The position numbers and the translations under genes were made by a program. Below the pieces are notes generated by a model, which saw only the letters and a list, made by a program, of their open reading frames with translations, did no database searches and was not told the origin of the DNA. Positions 24,853-32,000 of a stretch of DNA of 32,000 nt are shown piece by piece; within the stretch, counting starts at the first letter, position 1, and each line of letters opens with the position of its first letter. Source of the DNA: Halomicrobium mukohataei DSM 12286 (GTDB lineage Archaea; Halobacteriota; Halobacteria; Halobacteriales; Haloarculaceae); the NCBI RefSeq assembly GCF_000023965.1, contig NC_013202.1, positions 2,280,001 to 2,312,000 of the forward strand, read 5' to 3'.

Positions 24853-25605
24853 ATGCAGGGACAAAACCAACAGCAGGCCTACGACCGCGGCAGCACCATC
24901 TTCTCGCCCGACGGGCGACTCTACCAGGTCGAGTACGCGCGCGAAGCAGTCAAGCGCGGCACCGCGAGCATCGGCGTCAGGACCAGCGGTGGCGTCGTGC
25001 TCGCCGTCGACAAGCGGATCCGGTCGCCGCTCATGGAGCGGTCGTCGGTCGAGAAGATCCACAAGGCCGACGACCACATCGGGATCGCCAGCGCCGGCCA
25101 CGTCGCAGACGCCCGCCAACTGATCGATCTCGCCCGGCGACGGGCCCAGATCAACCGACTCCGCTACGAGGAACGGATCGGCGTCGAGACGCTGACCAAA
25201 GAGATCACCGACCACATCCAGCGATACACGCAGGTCGGCGGCGCGCGTCCGTTCGGCGTCGCGCTGATCATCGCCGGGGTCGCCGACGGCGAACCCAGGC
25301 TGTACGAGACCGATCCCTCCGGAACACCCTACGAGTGGAAGGCCCTCGCCGTCGGTGCCGACAGGGCCGACACGCGGGCCTACCTCGAAGAACACTACTC
25401 GGAGACGCTGGCCCTCGACGGCGCGATCGGACTCGCTCTCGAAACACTGGCCTCGGTCAACGACGACGCGCTCGCGCCGGAGGCGGTCGGTCTCGCGACG
25501 GTCGACGCCGAGACCGAACAGTTCCGCACGCTCTCGGACGAGGAGACGGAGACACACCTCGCCGAGCGAGACCTCCTCGCGGACGGCGAGGACCTCGAAG
25601 AGTAA
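24853..25605 (+). CDS. psmA: Proteasome subunit alpha
   Basis: YDRGSTIFSPDGRLYQVEYAREAVKRGTASIGV is the canonical alpha-subunit N-terminus. Confidence 0.95.
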   Translation: MQGQNQQQAYDRGSTIFSPDGRLYQVEYAREAVKRGTASIGVRTSGGVVLAVDKRIRSPLMERSSVEKIHKADDHIGIASAGHVADARQLIDLARRRAQINRLRYEERIGVETLTKEITDHIQRYTQVGGARPFGVALIIAGVADGEPRLYETDPSGTPYEWKALAVGADRADTRAYLEEHYSETLALDGAIGLALETLASVNDDALAPEAVGLATVDAETEQFRTLSDEETETHLAERDLLADGEDLEE

Positions 25606-25681
25606 CTCACCCTCGCGTCCGCAGTCGGTTTTCGATGCCGTCGTGGAAAGGTCTTTGAACCGGGCCCCAGTAGCGTCGGGT

Positions 25682-26407
25682 ATGATATCACTTGACGAAG
25701 CGGTGACGGCGAGACTCGAATCCCACGGCCAGCGGTTCGAAGTGCTCGTCGACCCCGACGCCGCGCTGGCGATCAAACGCGACGAGTTCGACGGGGAACT
25801 CGAAGACGTCATCGCCGCCGAGGACGTGTTCGAGGACGCCTCTCGCGGCGACCGACCGCCGGAGAACTCCCTGACGGAGGTGTTCGACACGACGGAGCCA
25901 CTGGAGATCATCCCGGAGGTGATCAAGCAGGGGGAGATCCAGATCACGGCCGATCAGCGCCGCGAGATGCAAGAACAGAAACACCGACAGCTGATCCAGC
26001 AGATCACACGCAACGCCGTAAACCCCCAGATGGACGACGCACCGCACCCGCCAGACCGCATCGAGTCGGCCCTCGAAGAGACGGACTTCAGGGTCGATCC
26101 GATGGAGCCCGTCGACAATCAGGTCGACGACGCGCTGGACGCGCTCCGACCCGTGATCCCGATCCGCTTCGACGAGGTGACCGTCGCGGTCCAGGTCCCC
26201 GCGGACTACGCCGGTGCCGCCCAGTCTCGCATCCGGCAGTTCGGCGACCTCGAACGCGAAGAGTGGCAGGCAGACGGCTCCTGGATCGGCGTCATCACCT
26301 TCCCCGCCGGGATGCAAAACGAGTTTTACGACGTGGTCAACGAACACACGAGCGGCGAGGCCGAGACCCAGATCGTCAAAGACGAAGACGAGATCTCGAT
26401 CCGCTGA
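25682..26407 (+). CDS. Ribosome maturation protein SDO1/SBDS homologue
   Basis: The start is at MISLDEAVTARLESHGQRFEVLVDPDAAL (FYSH domain). Its position after psmA matches the conserved archaeal gene order. Confidence 0.9.
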   Translation: MISLDEAVTARLESHGQRFEVLVDPDAALAIKRDEFDGELEDVIAAEDVFEDASRGDRPPENSLTEVFDTTEPLEIIPEVIKQGEIQITADQRREMQEQKHRQLIQQITRNAVNPQMDDAPHPPDRIESALEETDFRVDPMEPVDNQVDDALDALRPVIPIRFDEVTVAVQVPADYAGAAQSRIRQFGDLEREEWQADGSWIGVITFPAGMQNEFYDVVNEHTSGEAETQIVKDEDEISIR

Positions 26408-26531
26408 GCGACGCGAGCGACCCCGTGGTCGCACCGACAGCGACCCCGGTCGACGAGTCGCCCGCGCTCTCGGACGCGTGTCGGGTCGGACCGCGATTGT
26501 TCGGCTGCGACGAGAACGGTTCGTACTGACG

Positions 26532-26879
26532 CTATCCCTTCCGGAAGCCGACGAGGAAGCCACCGGTGAATCCGGCGCTCACCGGCAGAGCCGAGAGGAG
26601 GCTCATGACCCATCCGGGAGGCTGTGCGCCCGCCGTCTCACCGGCCGCCGACGAGACGTTGCCCGCGGTGCCGCTGATGGCGCTCCAGTTCACTTCGAGG
26701 ATGCCACGCGTCTCCAGGAACTTGAACAGCGCCAGCTCGATACCGACGAGGATCGCGATGAGCTTCGCGACCTTCTTGGCCGCGAAGCCGATGACCCCCC
26801 CGATCACGGCACCGCCGCCGACTTCGAGGCCGACCTGCTGGAGGCCGGGAAGCTCTAGCTGCAACGGTAACTCTATCAT
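26532..26879 (-). CDS. FUN14-family small membrane protein
   Basis: GGGAVIGGVIGFAAKKVAKLIAILVGIELALFKFLETRGILEVNW is typical of FUN14 domains. Confidence 0.7.
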   Translation of the reverse strand: MIELPLQLELPGLQQVGLEVGGGAVIGGVIGFAAKKVAKLIAILVGIELALFKFLETRGILEVNWSAISGTAGNVSSAAGETAGAQPPGWVMSLLSALPVSAGFTGGFLVGFRKG

Positions 26880-27082
26880 ATCCGTACTCTCACCGTGATC
26901 CGTTAAGGGTCTTGTGCCCTCCGGATCGACCAGCGAAATCGACGTAAGCAGTGGCTACTGATACCGCGGACGACGCTCAGAACGGCCAGTGCAGTCGACT
27001 GTCGCCGATACCCGTCGCTGCCGACGGCGGATCGTGTGAGTACCCCGCAGACTAAATAATCGGGCGACGTAGGAAGCGACGA

Positions 27083-28393
27083 GTGACGGCTAGTACCACA
27101 GCGGAGCGAGCGGTCATCGCCAAGCGCGTCGACTCGGGTACTGCAGACACCGAGGAGATCACCGACCTCGCGAGAGCCGCCGGCTACGAGGCCGTCGGCG
27201 AGGTGACACAGAAACGGACGGAAGACCCCGCCTACCACCTCGGAGAGGGGAAGGTCGCGCGTCTCGCGAACGTCGTCGCCCGCGAGGGCGCGACGGCGGT
27301 GATCTTCGACAACGAGCTGGGACCCTACCAGACGTACAACATCGGCAACGAGCTTCCCGACGGCGTCCAGGTCGTCGACCGCTTCCGGCTCATCCTGGAG
27401 ATCTTCGGCCAGCGCGCCCAGACGCGCAAGGCACAGCTCCAGGTCGAACTGGCCGAACTGCGCTACGAGTTGCCCCGGGCCGAGGCGAAGGCCAGCCTCG
27501 CCAAGCGCGACGAGCGGCCCGGGTTCATGGGGCTGGGCGAGTACGACGAGAGCCGCGAAGAGGACATCAAAAAGCAGATCTCGCGGATACGCGACGAGCT
27601 GGCGTCCATCGAGGAGACCGAGCAACACCGACGCCAGCAGCGCCGCGAGTCCGGTTTCGACCTCGTCGCGCTGGCGGGCTACACGAACGCCGGCAAGTCG
27701 ACGCTGTTGCGCCGCGTGGCCGACGACGTCGACGTCGACGAGAACGAGGAGCTACACCCGGACCTCGATCCGACCGCCGAGAGCGAAGACCGGCTGTTCA
27801 CGACTCTGGGGACGACGACCCGCCGTGCGGACATGGACCAGCGGGACGTGCTGGTGACCGACACCGTCGGTTTCATCTCGGATCTGCCCCACTGGCTCGT
27901 CGAGTCGTTCAAGTCGACGCTTGACGCCGTCTATCGCGCCGACCTGGTGTTGCTCGTCGTCGACGTGAGCGAACCCGTCGAGGAGATCCGCGAGAAGCTG
28001 GTCACGAGCCACGACACGCTGTACGAGCGCAACGAAGCGCCGATCGTCACCGTCCTCAACAAGACGGACACGGTCGACGACGCGGAGATCGAGCGCAAAC
28101 GCGCTGCGCTCTCCGGGCTGGCTCCGAACCCCATCGCCGTCAGCGCGAAAGAGGGGGCAAACGTCGACGCGTTGCTCGACAGGATCCACGACGAACTGCC
28201 GGACTACGAGCGCGAGCGACTCGTCTTGCCGATGACCGACGAGACGATGAGCCTCGTCTCCTGGATCCACGACCACGCACACGTCGACAACGTCGACTAC
28301 GGCGACCAGGTGATCGTCGAGTTCGAGGGGCGATCGGCCGTCGTCGAGCGGTCCCGCGCCAAGGCCGGCGAACTCGTCGAAGCGTCGGCCTAG
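27083..28393 (+). CDS. hflX: GTPase HflX
   Basis: GTG start. The HflX N-domain is present (FDNELGPYQTYNI, QVELAELRYELPR). G1 is GYTNAGKSTLL, G3 is DTVGF and G4 is NKTD. Confidence 0.9.
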   Translation: MTASTTAERAVIAKRVDSGTADTEEITDLARAAGYEAVGEVTQKRTEDPAYHLGEGKVARLANVVAREGATAVIFDNELGPYQTYNIGNELPDGVQVVDRFRLILEIFGQRAQTRKAQLQVELAELRYELPRAEAKASLAKRDERPGFMGLGEYDESREEDIKKQISRIRDELASIEETEQHRRQQRRESGFDLVALAGYTNAGKSTLLRRVADDVDVDENEELHPDLDPTAESEDRLFTTLGTTTRRADMDQRDVLVTDTVGFISDLPHWLVESFKSTLDAVYRADLVLLVVDVSEPVEEIREKLVTSHDTLYERNEAPIVTVLNKTDTVDDAEIERKRAALSGLAPNPIAVSAKEGANVDALLDRIHDELPDYERERLVLPMTDETMSLVSWIHDHAHVDNVDYGDQVIVEFEGRSAVVERSRAKAGELVEASA

Positions 28394-28403
28394 ATCGCGA
28401 ACG

Positions 28404-29840
28404 CTACTCTGTGCCCTGCCAGAGCGCCCGTGGGATCGCCGCGACCAGGTCCGTCGCCACGAGTCCGTTGCCCCGCTCGTCGGCGACGAGATCGCCGGCT
28501 CGGCCGGTGACGTACGCGCCGATCGCCGCGGCGTCGTGTTCCCCACACGTCGCGGCCAGCGCACTGACCACCCCAGCGAGCACGTCGCCGCTGCCGCCGA
28601 CGGTCATGCCGGGATTGCCGGTGCGGTTGACGCGGGTTCGCGTCCCGTCGGAGACGATGTCGTAGGCACCCTTGACCAGCATCGTCTGTCCGATCTGTGC
28701 GGCGAAGTCGGCGACGCGATCCGCGCGGTCGCGCCACGCCTCTGCCGTCTCGCCGCCCATCTTCAGAAGCTCGCCCTGGTGGGGCGTACAGATCAGGTCC
28801 GCCGTCGTCTCGACCTCCGAGACGACCGACAGCGCGTCGGCGTCGACGACGGCGCGCCCGTCGTACCGTTCGAGGAAGTCCGCGGCCGCGTCGAGCGTCG
28901 GTTCCGCGTCACCGAGCCCCGGCCCGAGGACGACCGCGTCGCTGGCGTCTGCGAGGGCGATCAGTTCGTCGACGTGTGACGGCGCGAGCGTCGCGCCGTC
29001 CAGCGGTCTGACGATGAGGTTCTCGCTGTAGCCCTGTACCGCGTCGGCGACGGCGCGAGGACAGGCGACTCTGACGAGGTCCCCGCCGGCTCGCAGCGCC
29101 GCCTGTGCCGCCAGTGCCGGTGCGCCCGTGTACGGGCCGCCGCCGACGACGAGCACCTCCCCGTTGTCGCCCTTGTGGCTCGTCGGATCGCGGTCGAGCC
29201 GACGCAGGTCGCCCCGCTCGACGAACAACTCGGCGGTGTCGGGGATGCCGATGTCCGCGACGGTGACGGTCGCGTCGAGCTCGTCCAGTCCGGGCTTCGT
29301 ATCGTGGAACGTCACGACCCGGTCGGCCTCGACCGCACCCGCTGCCAGCGCCCCGGTGTCGCCGTCCATCCCCGAAGGCACGTCGACGGAGACGACGGTG
29401 CTCTCACTGTCGTTTATCCGTGCTGCCGCCGTCGCCGTCGGCTCGCGGAGCGGACCGCTGATCCCCGTGCCGAGCATCGCGTCGACGATCACGTCGGGGT
29501 CGTCGAGCGCGAACTGGCTGGCGTCCCTGACCTGCTCGGTCTCGTAGTCGGACTGTTCGAGCGCCGTCCAGTTCTGGCGTGCGATCTCCGTCGTGATCGT
29601 CTCGGGTCGCCCCAGCAGTGAGACGCTCAGGTCGTAGGCGTCGAGAAACCGGGCCGCGACGAACGCGTCGCCGCCGTTGTTCCCGCGGCCGGCGACGATC
29701 CGTACCGACGCCCCCTGGTCTGCGATCCGTTCGACCGCCCGAGCCACCGCGTTCCCCGAAGACTCCATGAGCTGTTTGCGGGGGACACCCAGCGCGGCCG
29801 CGTTCTCGTCGACGACTGCCATCTCCGAACCGGTAATCAT
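28404..29840 (-). CDS. nnr: Bifunctional NAD(P)H-hydrate repair enzyme (epimerase plus ADP-dependent dehydratase)
   Basis: GRGNNGGDAFVAARFL marks the YjeF-N epimerase. GDNGEVLVVGGGPYTGAP and GGSGDVLAG mark the carbohydrate-kinase-like dehydratase. The start is the Met at 29840 (MITGSEMAVVD) or at 29864. Confidence 0.85.
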   Translation of the reverse strand: MITGSEMAVVDENAAALGVPRKQLMESSGNAVARAVERIADQGASVRIVAGRGNNGGDAFVAARFLDAYDLSVSLLGRPETITTEIARQNWTALEQSDYETEQVRDASQFALDDPDVIVDAMLGTGISGPLREPTATAAARINDSESTVVSVDVPSGMDGDTGALAAGAVEADRVVTFHDTKPGLDELDATVTVADIGIPDTAELFVERGDLRRLDRDPTSHKGDNGEVLVVGGGPYTGAPALAAQAALRAGGDLVRVACPRAVADAVQGYSENLIVRPLDGATLAPSHVDELIALADASDAVVLGPGLGDAEPTLDAAADFLERYDGRAVVDADALSVVSEVETTADLICTPHQGELLKMGGETAEAWRDRADRVADFAAQIGQTMLVKGAYDIVSDGTRTRVNRTGNPGMTVGGSGDVLAGVVSALAATCGEHDAAAIGAYVTGRAGDLVADERGNGLVATDLVAAIPRALWQGTE

Positions 29841-29919
29841 GGCTGGGCCTTGGCGCGCGACCATCCTAACGGTAGGGGACGCCGTCGCCGTCGGACACTG
29901 TCGCGGACTCGACGATCCG

Positions 29920-30198
29920 CTACCGCCGGATCTCGAAGCCCTCGATCCCCGCCGGCTCCTCGTACTCGACCTCGACGCCGTCGACGCGGGCTCTGGGACT
30001 GCCCTCGTGACACCACTCGACCATCGACTCGACGGCCGACGCGGGGCCCTCGAAGACCGCCTCGACGCGGCCGTCCGAGAGGTTCTTCACCCAGCCGTCG
30101 ACGCCCGTCTCGCCCGCGGTCTCGCGGGTGGTGGCGCGGTAGAAGACGCCCTGTACCTTGCCGCTGACGAACACGTGTGCGCGCGTGCGATCGGACAT
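29920..30198 (-). CDS. acyP: Acylphosphatase
   Basis: The 92-aa protein carries VFVSGKVQGVFYR and GWVKNLSDGRVE, the family signatures. Confidence 0.9.
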   Translation of the reverse strand: MSDRTRAHVFVSGKVQGVFYRATTRETAGETGVDGWVKNLSDGRVEAVFEGPASAVESMVEWCHEGSPRARVDGVEVEYEEPAGIEGFEIRR

Positions 30199-30234
30199 GG
30201 TCGAACGTGATGACGCCGAGACCCAAGAGCGTGT

Positions 30235-31143
30235 TCACGCCGGCTCGCCGCCGCTGCGGAGGAAATGGAAGACGTACGTCTGCGCGTAGCCGGCGTACTC
30301 GCCGCCCAGCGCCTCACGGATCGCCCGCGAGGTGTCTGCGTAGTTGCCCCGATCGGCGGTCGGGAAGTACTCCTCGATGGTCGTCTTGATCCAGGTGTCC
30401 AGCGGGACCGCCTGGAGGAAGTCGAGCGAGAACAGTAACACGCAGTCGGCGACCTTGTCTCCGACGCCGACGAACTGGGTGAGGTGGTCGCGAGCCTCCT
30501 CGTAGACCATCTCGCGGGCCGCGTGCGGGTCCGCTTTCCCCTCGGCGACCATCGTCGCGGTCCGCAGGACGTACGGCGCGCGGTAGCCCAGCCCGAGGTC
30601 TCGCAGCGCCGCCTCCGTCGTCGCTGCCAGCTGTTCGGGCGTCGGGTACGCGTGGTAGGTCTCGCCGTCGAACGTGACCGGATCGCCGTACGTCTCGCGC
30701 AGCGCCTGTTGCATCCCGTGGATGCGGCCCACGCGCATCTGTGCCGAGCAGATAAAGGAGATCAGCGAGCCGAACGGCGGATCGCGGACGAGACGCATCC
30801 CCCAGTACTCGTCGTACGCGTCCTGAACGACGGCGTCGTCGGGTGCCGTCGCACGGATCGCTTCGAGGTCGTCGTCCAGTCGGAGCAGTCGCCGGAGGTG
30901 CGGCGTCGCGTCGATGTCGCTCTCCCATTCGAGGTGGCCGTCTCGCTGTCGAACCCTGATCACGTGGGCTCGACCGTCGACCCTGACGGTCGTCCAGTAC
31001 CACGCCGAGCCGCCGTGTGCGCCGTCCTGATCGTACATCCGACCGTCAGAGCGGTCCCAGAGGTACGACTGGCCGCTCTCGACGGTCGACTGGAGGTCGA
31101 CGCCACCCGGCAGGCTCGCGGTCGCTATCTGGCCCCGTTGCAT
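30235..31143 (-). CDS. ogg: HhH-GPD DNA glycosylase, 8-oxoguanine glycosylase/lyase (Ogg) type
   Basis: The helix-hairpin-helix FVGVGDKVADCVLLF carries the catalytic-type Lys and is followed by VPLDTW (Asp). Confidence 0.8.
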   Translation of the reverse strand: MQRGQIATASLPGGVDLQSTVESGQSYLWDRSDGRMYDQDGAHGGSAWYWTTVRVDGRAHVIRVRQRDGHLEWESDIDATPHLRRLLRLDDDLEAIRATAPDDAVVQDAYDEYWGMRLVRDPPFGSLISFICSAQMRVGRIHGMQQALRETYGDPVTFDGETYHAYPTPEQLAATTEAALRDLGLGYRAPYVLRTATMVAEGKADPHAAREMVYEEARDHLTQFVGVGDKVADCVLLFSLDFLQAVPLDTWIKTTIEEYFPTADRGNYADTSRAIREALGGEYAGYAQTYVFHFLRSGGEPA

Positions 31144-31202
31144 CGACTCGTCGTCGGGGCTTGGGCGGTTTCTAGTTTTCGAGAGCGTGACGGGCTAACC
31201 TT

Positions 31203-31209
31203 CTTAATA
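31203..31209 (+). promoter_or_regulatory. TATA-like box for the DUF555 gene
   Basis: cttaata is centred about 25 nt upstream of the ATG at 31231. Confidence 0.35.
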
Positions 31210-31230
31210 CTGGCAGTCGAATCGACATGT

Positions 31231-31716
31231 ATGGATTGTCGAGTTGTCGTCGAGGCCGCTGTGCCCGTCTACGACGTGGAAACTCCCGACGAGGCGGTCC
31301 GGATCGCGATCTCGAAGACCGGCGAGATGCTCAATCCGGACCTCAACTACGTCGAGATCAACATGGGTGAACGCCAGTGTCCTCACTGTGGCGACGAACT
31401 CGAACCCGCCTTCATCGCTGCCGACGAGAGCCTGGTCGCGCTCGAACTGGAGATGACCGTCTTCAACGTCGAGCGCGACGAACACGCCGCCCGGATCGCT
31501 CGCAAGGAGATCGGGCAACGCCTCGAGAACATCCCGCTGGAGGTACTACAGATCGAAACGATCGAGGAGACAGACGACTCCGACGCCGAGGAGCCAGCGG
31601 ACTCGACCGACGACGAGGCCGACGGTGCCGCGTCCGACACTGACGAGGTGGACGCGGAAACGGAGTCGGATTCGGACGACGTGTTACCAGAGTTCGACGA
31701 GTTAATGAACGAATAA
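31231..31716 (+). CDS. DUF555 (UPF0212) family archaeal protein with an acidic C-terminal tail
   Basis: MDCRVVVEAAVPVYDVETPDEAVRIAISKTGEMLNP...CPHCG is characteristic of the archaeal DUF555 family. Confidence 0.8.
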   Translation: MDCRVVVEAAVPVYDVETPDEAVRIAISKTGEMLNPDLNYVEINMGERQCPHCGDELEPAFIAADESLVALELEMTVFNVERDEHAARIARKEIGQRLENIPLEVLQIETIEETDDSDAEEPADSTDDEADGAASDTDEVDAETESDSDDVLPEFDELMNE

Positions 31717-31793
31717 CGTCGGCGTTTCTCACGCGACAGAGCACTGTCCGTCGATTGCTGTAGATATCGACGACGGGTGACTGAGAGTGGAGT

Positions 31794-32000
31794 TCAGTCG
31801 GCAGCAGCAGAAACAGGTTCTTTTTCTTCGGCGTTCATCTCGGACGTAATACCCTTCGCGAGGGCAAATACAGCGGCCTTGTGATCCGTCTTCGACTTGT
31901 GAATCGAGGTCGGCTGGACACCGAGATCGACGTACTTGTCGTGTTCTACTGTGTCCCCTGTCTCTTGTTCGTAGTGGTTCTGTACCTGTGCAAGCAGGCC
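31794..32000 (-). CDS. C-terminal 68 codons of an unidentified gene that continues beyond the right edge of the window
   Basis: The frame is open from the window edge to the TGA at 31796-31794 and reads ...LLAQVQNHYEQETGDTVEHDKYVDLGVQPTSIHKSKTDHKAAVFALAKGITSEMNAEEKEPVSAAAD. It is absent from the ORF track because no start codon lies inside the window. Its codon usage has visibly lower GC3 than the rest of the window. Confidence 0.5.
   Translation of the reverse strand, partial: GLLAQVQNHYEQETGDTVEHDKYVDLGVQPTSIHKSKTDHKAAVFALAKGITSEMNAEEKEPVSAAAD

Noticed and set aside
24409-25947. 512-aa minus-strand ORF antisense to Pop5, psmA and SBDS
   Set aside because: It is antisense to three unmistakable conserved genes. 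The product is Ser/Arg-rich with no motifs.
26417-26455. Two short GC hairpins (gcgacc-ccgt-ggtcgc, and cgacc..ggtcg) after the SBDS stop
   Set aside because: They are plausibly simple terminator-like structures between convergent genes. They are too short and GC-generic to call with confidence.

Overview
High-GC, acidic-proteome sequence with TATA-like boxes about 25-30 nt upstream of many start codons (leaderless-type). These traits, plus a HalX response regulator, archaeal MBF1, RNase P protein subunits and CDP-archaeol-type transferases, point to a haloarchaeal (class Halobacteria) chromosome segment. I support about 40 protein genes and one tRNA-Lys(CUU). Most genes are housekeeping: tpiA, hisC, thrC, psmA, SBDS, hflX, nnr, acyP, ogg, Rpp30/Pop5 and two CDP-alcohol phosphatidyltransferases. 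I see no CRISPR array, transposase, integrase or recognisable multi-gene defence system, so I cannot honestly name a confident novel system. The observations most worth a second look: (1) the tRNA-Lys 3-prime end plus flank is repeated three times within 270 bp, which looks like an att-site scar array, and one unit folds into a long palindrome. (2) A small islet (8.7-10.2 kb) holds a decayed SDR/epimerase pseudogene, an ArsR-like regulator and a divergent lower-GC3 gene for a nucleoside 2-deoxyribosyltransferase-like protein. (3) A 22-codon hydrophobic micro-ORF has its own TATA box and hairpin/T-tract. (4) A TrkA-N/DHH-DHHA1 fusion has degenerate catalytic motifs. (5) A 5-prime-truncated HerA/DUF87 ATPase has a very long acidic linker. 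(6) Codon usage shifts at the right edge of the window. Many long Arg/Pro-rich ORFs in the six-frame track are shadow ORFs of the high-GC genes and were rejected.
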